This document shows positions 23,286 through 35,305 of a DNA stretch of 41,678 nucleotides, one piece after another. Source of the stretch: Octopus bimaculoides. Taxonomy: Eukaryota. Location of the stretch: NCBI RefSeq assembly GCF_001194135.2, contig NC_068991.1, forward strand, positions 26,590,189-26,631,866, written 5' to 3'. A program made the translations under genes and the position numbers. The notes beneath the pieces are model-generated. The model worked only from the letters and a program-made list of their open reading frames with translations. It searched no databases and had not been told where the DNA came from. The stretch's first letter is position 1. Each line of letters starts with the position of its first letter.

Positions 23286-24689
23286 TTAACTAACCTAACC
23301 ATGATATATATACACACACATAGACACAGAGAGACACGTACAGGCATTTGTAAATACATTCAGATATATACATATTCGTCTTAATATGTACAGATATACA
23401 AATATATACAATAGTGCTCATCCCAAAATACACCAACGCAAATTATATAACATTTTAAAACATTGGTCTTTCATACATAAATATATACATATATATGCAT
23501 ACATACATGTATACATACATATGTGTGTGTATGTGTCTGTCTGCGTATGTATGTATACATAGATACCACACATACTAAAACGCATATATACACATACTGA
23601 CAGGCATGCATGTGCAGGCGCACACATATACATATTAATTTACACGAGCATAAATATATATATANNNNNNNNNNTGTATGTATGTATTTGTGTGTATATA
23701 TGTGCGTGTTTGCTTATATGTGTATATTTATATATATATGTGTGTGTTGTGTGTGTGTAAGTATATTTATATATATGTGTGTGTATATGTATGTATATAC
23801 ATGCGTGTGTAAATCTATGTGTGTGTATACGCTACTCTTCATTTTTTACTTACATCATTCATTGCACATGGTAGAGCAGTCCTGTCAGAGCACTACATCT
23901 TAGAATTTTAGTCGTTCGAATGGATCCTAAAACCTATTTGAAATCTTGTAACTTATTCTACTGGTACACTTTACTGAATCGGTAAGATACGAAAGCTGTT
24001 AGAAAATAATACCTGTTGCTAAGTATTAACTGACATGTACACACCCATGAGTGTCATATATGTACACACGCGCGCCACTTAATACACACTTAAATACACA
24101 CATACGCACACACATATATATGTGTGTATATATATGTATACTATTGAATTAGAAAATCAAAGAAACGATAACAAATGTGGGGAGTCTATTCATATGAGCC
24201 GTTGCATATACAGTTAACATGATGCAGACAAGTGACTATCTTTACATCTGTTTCAAATTATCAATGACTCATTATAATAAGAAGTAATAACGTATGTACA
24301 TTAAATAAAAGCAAAGCAAAATATCAGATACCAAGAATTTTAGTACTTCCATGCAGCTTTTGAGTTATTCGTTATCGTTTTCATTACTCCATTCCTCTTA
24401 ATAGTGCTTTTGTTCCTTCTTAATATAAATCTTCCTACTATTCTTCCATGAATATATTGGGTGATATTTATGGCTATTAGCCTACATAAATGAGTACGGT
24501 TGTAGATGCCTGTGTCTCATGTTTGTGTGTGTATACGTGAGTGTGTAGGCGTATCTGCTACTGCATATGTATGCAGCAAACTACTCCAAGCGTGAATATG
24601 AAGAACGCAAAAATATATTTTGGAAAATTGTTTCACATATTACATTCTAGCTACAAAGTAATATTCCTTTCTATTTTTGGCAAAAGATC

Positions 24690-24835
24690 CGAAATTTTGG
24701 GGGAGGGCGCCAGTCGTTTGGATCGACCTCAGTATGCAAATGTACGCAATTTATTGACCCCGAAAGGATGAAAGGCAAAGTCGACCTCGGCGGAATTTGA
24801 ACTCAGAACATAAAGGCAGACGAAATACACTGCAA
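24690..24835 (-). mobile_element. SINE family 2 fragment
   Basis: atttattgaccccgaaaggatgaaaggcaaagtcgacctcggcggaatttgaactcagaac...gacgaaatac; homologous to 11645-11760. Confidence 0.8.
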
Positions 24836-25977
24836 AGTAATATTATTTCTTCACAGAAGTGTTTACATACAAAGTATGCTTATCCGAAGTAACTCTTACT
24901 ATGATCCAACATATTATTCAAATATATTTATGCTCCTTTTTTTTCTCGTCATGTATATATATATATATATTTCTATATATATATTATACGTAGGAAGCTA
25001 TATGTACTAATAGAACTTGCTCTGAAATTCACGACCCAGCAAACGAGGAACTCGACTTAAGTGGTCGTGAAATGTTCAACTTAGAATAAATACACTCATA
25101 ACTATCGTCCCTCAGTAAAAGAATTGAGAAGAAAACATAAAAATTGAATGAATCTCTAAATACACACAAACGTACACAAAGAGGCGTTCGTACAAATAAA
25201 TACATATACACTTGCACAAATATATACATATATAAACACATACATGTGCGTGTGTGTGTATGTGCGTGCGTGTGTTTATGTATGCCAAACAGATCATTTG
25301 TGAGTGTATGCACAAACAGTCTATTTATGTGTGTACCTCCGTAATATATATAGACTGTGCGAACACGAACTATATATACTATGTATGTGTGTGTGGAATG
25401 AATTCTGTATATGCAACTTTTTGTACATTCGTATGTAAATGCCTCATAATGTTTACAATTCTTAGATATCTGCACCAGCAATTCAGTATGCCAATGAGAT
25501 ATGATATATAACTTTTGTTGACAAAGCGTTATATATAGGAATACAACGTGTAATCAATTAATTGCAAAACATTGAGAATGTTTTATAGGAAATTCATATG
25601 CATTAAAATGTGATTTAGTTGAGAGCAACTAGGCAATGGGCCATTGGCATATATTTTGTTGAACCATATTCCCACATTCAAGACAATATCCAAAATGAGG
25701 AAATCTAATTAGATATTTTTGAGTTCTAATTGTGGTTATTATTTGTATTTTGCTCGAGACGAGAATATTTTCAAAAAATAGCTCCCCGCCTCTCAAAAGA
25801 TATATATACATATATCTAAATGACTGTATTGATTTTTAATCCGTATTTTTGGCTTTAAAATACATGAAATGAACGGTGTAATAAGACCTACTACAAAAAT
25901 ACACACAAACGTGCAAAATTGTGAACTTCACTCACACGCATCTTTCGCGAACATCTATATCGATCTATCTTCTCACC

Positions 25978-25982
25978 GTCTC

Positions 25983-26051
<69 letters not shown>

Positions 26052-26324
26052 TTCTCCATCTCTCTCTGTCTATCTTTTTATCTATCTATTTGTGTGTCTG
26101 TCTGTCTGTCAGTCTACCTCATGTCTGTCTGTCTTTCTCTCTCTCCCTTTTTCTCTGACTATCTGTGTTTGACTGTCTGTCTTTCTCACTTTTCTTCCCC
26201 ACACTCACTCTCTCTCTCTCTCTCTCTGTTGGTCTGACAATCTCTCTTCTAGTTTCTGCCTGACACACTTTCTCTTTTTGTCTCTGTCTATCTAACTCAC
26301 ACACAAGCATTCTTTCTCTTTCTT

Positions 26325-26357
<33 letters not shown>

Positions 26358-26790
26358 TTCTATCTATCTATCTAATTCCCTCTCTCACACAGACATTTTC
26401 TCTGCCTCTCTCTCTTTTCACTTGTATTTGTCAGTTTGTCTCTCTGTCCTCCTCCAAGGCCCGATTTCTTTGTCTACTTCTGACTAGTTAACTGTAGACT
26501 TGTCTGTCTGTTTGCCCCCCCCCTCTCTCTCTCTCTTTTCCTTCTCTTTCCACTCTCTCTTGCACTCCATTTCTCCCCTTCCTCTCTTTATGTACATGAA
26601 CACACACACATACACACACACACGCACATACACTCACACACATGCACTCACAGTCACACACACACACGCACGCACACATGCATGCACACACACATACACT
26701 CACACACACATGCACTCACACACACGCACACACACAGACACACACACACACACACATGCAAAACTATCTTTCTCTTTGTCTCTCTGACAT
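25978..26790. repeat. Low-complexity (CT)n/(CTGT)n/(CTAT)n/(CA)n block
   Basis: Directly visible; source of several spurious ORFs. Confidence 0.9.
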
Positions 26791-27094
26791 GCCTTTCCTC
26801 CAATACTTAACTCCAGGTCTTCTTCTATCCATCCATTTGTCTCCTACACTCCAATGTAGACATCACTCACGTCTCAAGACCCATCAAAGAAGACCTTATG
26901 CCAGTCGTCCACAACATTTTCACATTACAATAAACCTCTACAACCCTCTCCCTTTTTTCATATTCATATAAATTTTTTTTAAACCCAGTTTTCTAAAAAT
27001 TTAATGAAATCTAAACATGATCCTTTCTTTGGTGAAATCCTTATTCCTCAGTTTTTGTTTACAATAAATGTTGCATTGGAGCTCTCATGTGACA

Positions 27095-27190
27095 GCACAT
27101 AGCTTAATGGTTAGGATATTCAGCTCATGATCACAAAGTCGTGAGTTCAATTCCTGGCCTTGCGTTGCGTCCTTGTGCAGAACATCTTAT
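27095..27190 (+). mobile_element. tRNA-derived SINE head (pol III A and B boxes), truncated by a gap
   Basis: A box TAGCTTAATGG (27100-27110) and B box GTTCAATTCC (27145-27154). No acceptor-stem closure of a true tRNA; followed by a CCTTG.GCA SINE-body motif. Confidence 0.7.
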
Positions 27191-27200
27191 NNNNNNNNNN

Positions 27201-28206
27201 AGGACCTCTCCACAAAGTCCTTCCAATTTGAAAATTTACTGATGATCCCTAAATAGCTTGGTGGTAGGGTCACAAATATTAAAATAAAGAATGTGCCTCC
27301 TGAAACAGAAATAAAATGGCTCGTGTCTGCCATTTGCTATGACATCGAGGACGAAATCCATATCTTACAAATGACTGCCATGGACCAGCAAAACTCGATT
27401 GGCCAAGAAACCGAAATTCTTGGTCAAATTAATCCGATGATTTTCGAAAAAATTCCACATCGAATCCAATTGAGAGCGGATTCGAGTTTACAATGTGGCC
27501 GTCGAAGGCAGAAAGCCACGTTGCAATGTTTGTAGTAGCAAAGCACACTTACAAACTACTTTCCCACTAGCACAGAAACAACACCATCATCACCACCACC
27601 AACAACAACAACACCTTCAAAGGAGGAAAAAAGACTCATACCCCACACCCCAGCTGTCACCAACAAGCACGAACATCAACAACAAAGTCAACACACTCAG
27701 AAATAGACCCCGATACACTTCCCCTCCAACCTTCTGATTCCTCTGACATGTCATCAGATGAAGACGACACAGAGGATTGGCAAGTGGCCACAGGGGGAAG
27801 GAGAAAAAAGGTGAAAAGAATAGAGAAACAGACAAACAAAGCAGGTAGCTTTACCACTCCCGGAACCAAAACACCCGCAGAAACGAAAAGCATCAATGCC
27901 AACACACTAACACCAAACACCCCAACAATGTTGACAGCCATAAACACCAACAATCCAGACCTAATGGAATACATTAAGTCAAACACCGCCGTAACAGAAA
28001 AGGATACCAAAACAAAGAATTATCCACGCACAACACCACACAACACATTAAGAGCATACACATAATACAGAACACATCCAGCACCCTGAAATCTCTCTAC
28101 CCTGATGCAGTTGGGAGATTTCAAAAATACCTGTCCAATAAAACTATACAAAAACCTTCTGGGAGAAAACTGTGAGGTGAAGAACAAAGAACTCTTGGAC
28201 AGTAAG

Positions 28207-28251
<45 letters not shown>

Positions 28252-29290
28252 TTCGTCTTCCTTTCGAGTGTTAAACACAACTTTCGATAGGAACATACTC
28301 AAAATAGTCAGTATAAACCTACGTGGCTTGGGGTCGTCTTGGAAACAAGGCTACCTGTGAAACGACATCAAGTCACAAAATTTGCATATCATAGCCATCA
28401 GTGAGACCACACTCCACAGCCCGCAGGCACTCCAGTACATGTTCGGCGCACATTTCGACATTTATTTTTCTCCACGTCTGTCGAGAATAGGCGGAAGTTG
28501 CACCGCGGTGCTTCTTCGGAAGGGTCTGGAACTCAAAGTAATAGCAATTTTCGTAGACCAGGAGGGTAGGCTGGTCGTCATGGATGTCGATGGCAGCAAT
28601 GGGTGTACTTTTCGACTGATAACAGTTTATGCACCATCCTTAAGACAGGCCGGCCAGATTTCTTTCGACTTCTACAGGTTTTCGTGGGAACGTCTCGACC
28701 TTTACTTTTAGTGGGGGATTGGAAAGCAATCCTGGACATGCATCTACACTACATGGGCAGAGATAGTAATAGGAGTGGATGCAAATTCCCCCAAAGACTT
28801 GCTCAGACGTTTCCAACTGTCTGACAGGTACCGACTGGACCACCAGAATGTGCCAATGTGGACATGGAGCAACCGCATCTGGTCGTCCAGATCGTACTTA
28901 GAGTATTCTGTAGGACAGTGGATAAGGATAGTGTAGGTTGTCCACAATTCCATATAGTCAGCTACACAGACCACAAATTTGTGACTTGTTCACTTGACTT
29001 AGATAAGACACATAGTAGGGTCCCAGTTTACTGGAAGCTGAACGCGTCATTCACGGCACGCCAGGCTTACAGGGACCGGATTAGCACATTAGTTAAGAGA
29101 CCATTGACAGGTGCCATCATTAACAACAGATGGTGGTATGCTCTAAAGAAGGCAACTGAAGCAGAATCGGTTATATTGTGCCTTGTCCCGACCCAACCAT
29201 CACCAAACTGGAACGCATACTCTTCCGCTTCCGGTGAAAGGGATGTGTTCCGATGGTTAGGCGATCCATTTGCTGTCAACACCCGCTAAA
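27201..29290 (+). mobile_element. L1/Tx1-like LINE relic: ORF1, APE endonuclease and a short post-RT piece; RT absent
   Basis: ORF1 pieces IKIKNVPPETEIKWLVSAI and a degenerate gag-type knuckle RCNVCSSKAHLQTTFP (~27510-27560). APE from 28298: LKIVSINLRGLG, IIAISET, GRLVVMDV, LITVYAP, LLVGDWK, WTWSN, YLDRVF, YTDHKFV, YWKLNAS. Then CPDPTITKLERILFRF..KGCVPMVRRSICCQHPLK (~29183-29290). Confidence 0.78.
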
Positions 29291-29299
29291 GTAAAGAAG

Positions 29300-29345
29300 G
29301 AGAATTTCACGTTTCGTGCGGAGCTCTTCATCAGATATATGCAAG
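29300..29345 (-). ncRNA. Degenerate Penelope-type minimal hammerhead remnant
   Basis: The reverse complement reads atatatCUGAUGA a GAGC ucc GCAC GAAA CGU g. Stem II has one mismatch, there is an ACGU palindrome in place of stem III, the cleavage-site base is G (non-permissive), and stem I is weak. Confidence 0.45.
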
Positions 29346-29831
29346 AAACTAAAAGAGGTCACAATAGTGACGGAGGGTACTAACTAGCACCGTTTATGCT
29401 AAAATAAGAGTTAAATTAACTCTAAAACCACTAAAGCACTGTACTTAATGTCTGACGAAGGGATGTAGGTCTTTAGCCGTATCTTCTGGGAGTAAGAGCG
29501 AGATATCAAATTCTTATCTCTTATCTCCTTTTGATCATACCCCACTATAACTTTCCGCTTCCTTCACCACTCACCTTAATGAATCTCCTTTATTAACTAA
29601 AAACTATGGAAGATAAATCGTTCTGTGGCCAACGTTCGATAGTGAACACTGAAATGACACGATTGGATTCGTGGAATGTTTTTTTTTTTTTAATGTTTAA
29701 TACATGCACTTGAAGAAAACTTTTTTTTTCACTTGAACCAATAGCTCTAATCATAACAAAAAACACACCTGAAACAGGTGTAGTGAGTGAACCACTAACC
29801 ATACATACATATATATGTATATATACTTATT

Positions 29832-29864
<33 letters not shown>

Positions 29865-30500
29865 NNNNNNNNNNNNNNNNNNNNNNNNNNNNNNNNNNNN
29901 NNNNNNNNNNNNNNNNNNNNNNNNNNNNNNNNNNNNNNNNNNNNNNNNNNNNNNNNNNNNNNNNNNNNNNNNNNNNNNNNNNNNNNNNNNNNNNNNNNNN
30001 NNNNNNNNNNNNNNNNNNNNNNNNNNNNNNNNNNNNNNNNNNNNNNNNNNNNNNNNNNNNNNNNNNNNNNNNNNNNNNNNNNNNNNNNNNNNNNNNNNNN
30101 NNNNNNNNNNNNNNNNNNNNNNNNNNNNNNNNNNNNNNNNNNNNNNNNNNNNNNNNNNNNNNNNNNNNNNNNNNNNNNNNNNNNNNNNNNNNNNNNNNNN
30201 NNNNNNNNNNNNNNNNNNNNNNNNNNNNNNNNNNNNNNNNNNNNNNNNNNNNNNNNNNNNNNNNNNNNNNNNNNNNNNNNNNNNNNNNNNNNNNNNNNNN
30301 NNNNNNNNNNNNNNNNNNNNNNNNNNNNNNNNNNNNNNNNNNNNNNNNNNNNNNNNNNNNNNNNNNNNNNNNNNNNNNNNNNNNNNNNNNGGACACAGTC
30401 GTGTGTCGATAAGCCAGCTGGAGGAGATGTCCTCCTGGGGCTAAAAGCAACAGTAACATCCACCCCTAGGGGTCAGCCACACTTAAGTGGCAATATACTA

Positions 30501-30549
<49 letters not shown>

Positions 30550-31031
30550 TGTTTGTGTGTGTGATTGTATGTGCGTGCGTGTATGCGGGAGTGTGTGTGT
30601 ATGAAAAACAACAGGTGGATTATGTGTCAATTCACTACAGCTATTTCTATGACCAGCAAAGGGTCATTAAACCATGAAAGTAATGAAGGTACACATACCA
30701 TTAGATTTTGAATGTCTTTGAATGTTGAAATTCAAGTATTCACCCCATGAAAACGATTCTTTTCTATTGACGTAATGTTTTCAGAAATCAGTTAAAAATT
30801 CGATTTTATTCATTTATTATTCACCTCACTTGGACTCTACTCCTTGTGTTGATCCGAAGTGTATTAGGGAGCGTATATTTAGCGTGTTTCTTGATTAGTC
30901 TCAAGGCTATTGATGCACTCAGTCAGGTACAGTTAATCCTATACATAACCTCAATGCTTTTCTCCGTGTACTTCCGTACCCGCATATGTATTCCTCTATA
31001 TTAACTTGAATCCTCATCTATAATACACACA

Positions 31032-31082
<51 letters not shown>

Positions 31083-32789
31083 CTATCTATATATGTATTC
31101 GCACACGTCTATACGTATACAGTGTCTTTCACATAAATTGCAGATAAATATATAAATATACAGAGTCTAGCAGATAAATTTTAATCACCCAACTTAGTCG
31201 GTTTAACATTTCATTTTTTGACAAGACCTTGCTTACTTACTTAGCTCTTTATTTTTCAGGTAAATGGCGAATTAATATATTCACATTTCACAAACACACA
31301 CAGGTATAGACTGATCTTTTGCTTGGAAAATTTAGAAATGTGTATTCGTTTCAAAATAAATTGATTGATCAGTCAATCTAATTTAAAATTCTTTTTATAG
31401 AGAAGTTCACATCATACATACGTATATAAATATAAACTCACTCACACATACATATCAAACATTTTTTGACAAGATTCCGTAAAAGCCAACGAAAGCATAA
31501 ATATTTAAACTACACTCTGCCGCGAAACCGAAAGTCTGAACTGAAACGTGTTTACGTCAGATGTACCTATGGATATGTGGCGCATCTGCAACAGCATGAA
31601 GTGCGTGGGACTATTAAAATGGGAGAAGTTACTTGAAACAATATATCATATTAAAATATCTGCAAGATGAGGCATTTTTTTCTTTTTCCTAATCAAAGGA
31701 GCAGCCCTGAATGATGCAATTAAATGAAATCAAATTAAAATCTAATTAGACCTGACAGATGGGTAAATGACTATGAAAATTAATTAGTCGCAATTATGAG
31801 GCCAAGTAATGCAATTAAATATCACTTCTCGTTATGATATTTTTTTTGTATATATATATATATATATGTTTGAATATCATTATTATTGCAGTCCAAATTT
31901 CGCTATAATTGCTTCAGCAATGGTGACGATGACGGCAACAATAAAAACTACTTGTAATACCTTTCTGAAATTCTCAAGAAGCAATTAGAATGTCTTCAGT
32001 AACGTGGCTCATAAAAAATTAATCTTTAAATTACTACTAACAGTGGAATTTGGATTCCGTTTAAGTATGCATATATATATATATACGTACATATAAATTT
32101 ACACATATATATACACACGTGCATATATATTTGCATATGTATATATACANNNNNNNNNNNNNNNNNNNNNNNNNNNNNNNNNNNNNNNNNNNNNNNNNNN
32201 NNNNNNNNNNNNNNNNNNNNNNNNNNNNNNNNNNNNNNNNNNNNNNNNNNNNNNNNNNNNNNNNNNNNNNNNNNNNNNNNNNNNNNNNNNNNNNNNNNNN
32301 NNNNNNNNNNNNNNNNNNNNNNNNNNNNNNNNNNNNNNNNNNNNNNNNNNNNNNNNNNNNNNNNNNNNNNNNNNNNNNNNNNNNNNNNNNNNNNNNNNNN
32401 NNNNNNNNNNNNNNNNNNNNNNNNNNNNNNNNNNNNNNNNNNNNNNNNNNNNNNNNNNNNNNNNNNNNNNNNNNNNNNNNNNNNNNNNNNNNNNNNNNNN
32501 NNNNNNNNNNNNNNNNNNNNNNNNNNNNNNNNNNNNNNNNNNNNNNNNNNNNTATATATATATATATATATATGTCCATATATATACATACATATATATA
32601 TATATTTATACATTTATAAGTCTCTCTCTCTCTTCTCACTCTCTCTCTATGTATGTATATGTACACACGCACACACACACAAATGCACACGTATATTTTC
32701 ATAAACATACATATATAGAATATATGCATATCTTCGATTATATTCTCTTTATGGTTATCCGTAACATTTCGTATTATTTTCTATATTCT

Positions 32790-33260
32790 TGCTGGTTTGT
32801 AATTAATTGAATCTTGTCTAACACTGGACCATGTAAACGAGAGCTACAGTTATTACATGATATGAGATATTTTAGGTTAATAGAGGTGTTTTTCTCCCTT
32901 TTATCAGTTGCAGCTCCACAGCTACAACCACTGGGTCACTTCCTTTAGCTTTGCTACACTTTCTCTCCTTGAAACTTCCTCTGATATGTGGCATTTAGTG
33001 AAGCAATTATAGCGAAACACAGATGAGGTGCCCTCATCTGTGTTTCCTACCTCGTGATAGGTTCATTTACAACTTTTAACAGGAGATCAGTTCTGTTTGG
33101 AAGACAATTCTTATTACCTCAGTTTTTACATTTGTAGTGGCAAAGAACTGTAAGGTTTTGCTGTCTTGCATGTGCCGTAAGGATTGAGTGAAAACACTTT
33201 GAGATTTTTCACTCAGTACCTCACTGATCCGCATTGGTCTTCCCGTTAGGGAACCATATT
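32790..33260 (-). mobile_element. Possible highly decayed APE-endonuclease region of a LINE (RTE-like)
   Basis: Weak minus-strand motifs only: KNLKVFSLN (cf. K-I-x-T-x-N), a GxxG-like stretch and TVALVYMV (cf. xIxVYAP). Heavily disrupted. Confidence 0.25.
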
Positions 33261-33491
33261 TTTGGATGAGCTGCCCTGCCCTCCAATTCTTGGAGGCTGT
33301 TTCTTTTGCATACCTAATAAGGTTTTATGGTTCAATTTATACATTCTATAACACAGATGTTTTAGTCTTCACTTTCTTTTTCATAGGAGCGTTTCAGATT
33401 TTCTCAAACTCCAGTAGTGTTTCCAGTCGAGATTTTTCGCTACCATTGATTCTCCTGTTTAGGTGGTTTAATATATAATTTAATATATATG

Positions 33492-33535
<44 letters not shown>

Positions 33536-35238
33536 CTATGCTTGTCTGCAGGCATTCCCAGGAATGAAAGGAGAAATTTCACTCAAAACATTGGACAATA
33601 ATAGCATAGTTTCTAATTTGGACACAAGTCCAGTCAAATTTTAGAGGCGTGCGTTTATTACATCAATAACTGACTGGTACATTATTTTATAGACTTTGAA
33701 CAGGATAAAGGGGAAATTAACCTCAGGGCTTTTAGAAAGAAATAAAGTAATAATAAAAATTAAAATGGTATAAGTGATGTATGGTATAAGCGAACATGTA
33801 GCATGTGTGTATCTTATTTCCAACTGCACCTTAAAAATATCCAAGAATTTATATCAAAATCCGATGTGTTACTTGCATTCATTTACATTTATCATAGAGA
33901 ATAACTCCAAATCCTGTATTTATATGTGAAACGTTACTGATATGTATGCACGTATGTATGTCATTCTTCAGTTTATTTCAAGATTTCTTGCCAATAGAGA
34001 AAGAGCCGGAACATTTATGCAGATATAACAACTTAAAGGATAAGCATATTACAATGGATAATACTAGGTGGACTTTTCCTTTTTCTCTCTCTTTTGCTTT
34101 TTTCTTTGTGATGTAATCTTGGGACTGAAAATGTTTTGCGGCTGAAGATAGCTTTAAACCACCCTTTCAATCAATTATATACTCATACAATGACAGTTTG
34201 TGTATAAAGCTTGAAACACGTGTACCGCGATATCCTTTGTGTTCTGTTTTCATTTTACGTTTTAACATATATATATATATACATATATATGCATAGATAT
34301 ATATATATATACATATGCTTATACACAAACACTCGCATGCACACAAACACATGCATACATCTGCATGGGCAGATATCCATATCCGGAGTCATTGCATTGA
34401 TTGCATGAGTAAACAGCAGTGCTGAAAGCCCCCAGTATTGTTAAATGAAGCATAAATAATAGTCTCATGTATTGGAGAGTTAGTGTATAGTTGCATGAGT
34501 GTGTATCACCTGTAAATAAGTACTATTGAGCGTTACCTGTTTCCGATATTTTTGTACTGTCTGACTTCTTTGAACATGTCCAATAGAAATTTGATTGTTT
34601 TCTTTCTCACTGTTCTTGATAATCTAATGATTTTTGCTGTTAACTTATCATTGTTTATCTTTTTTACGACGTTGAAACTTGCTTGTAATGTTTTGATGTG
34701 TCTCTCCTTTGATGAATTCCAGCATATTTTCTCGCACTCTTTGAACAATAATATTAAATGTGACTTTATTCCCAATTAATCAGTTGGCCTTTCTCACAAA
34801 GTTAAATTCTGCTGCTAGCTGTTTTGCTTTCATCTCCATTCTTCTTTTCTGTCTATATATATATACATCATATATAACAAAATACAATGAGTTTTCGTTT
34901 GCTCTCGAACTGGTAGTCTTAGAATAAAGAGAAAATGACAAGAGGTGAGTGAATGTGTGAGATTCGTGGAGGTTAAATGCCATTGCGAGACAGTGAATTA
35001 TAATTATATTTAGATCAAGTGAAATGCTTTGTAATGGAATGAGTACCAAAACTTTCAATCAAAATGAATCTACAAATATTTCTCTTAATTTCGAAGAAAT
35101 GAATATNNNNNNNNNNNNNNNNNNNNNNNNNNNNNNNNNNNNNNNNNNNNNNNNNNNNNNNNNNNNNNNNNNNNNNNNNNNNNNNNNNNNNNNNNNNNNN
35201 NNNNNNNNNNNNNNNNNNNNNNNNNNNNNNNNNNNNNN

Positions 35239-35305
<67 letters not shown>

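Noticed and set aside
25030-25072. 7-bp inverted repeat cacgacc/ggtcgtg enclosing a small inner hairpin
   Set aside because: Too short to exceed chance in 42 kb and no second copy was seen.
27095-27165. Possible tRNA gene (A and B boxes present)
   Set aside because: No acceptor-stem pairing or proper cloverleaf; it continues into SINE body sequence, so it is called a SINE head.
27235-27280. ctgatga followed by a ccct/aggg stem
   Set aside because: No GAAA core element; it lies within the reading frame of the LINE ORF1 relic.
29450-29490. Plus-strand ctgacgaaggga
   Set aside because: No stem II closure and no GAAA.
34533-34775. 80-aa minus-strand ORF ending at a CAG/GTAACG donor-like site; possible host exon or Tc1 N-terminus
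   Set aside because: An in-frame stop lies immediately upstream with no good acceptor, there is no recognisable domain, no partner exons were found, and other frames contain several stops.
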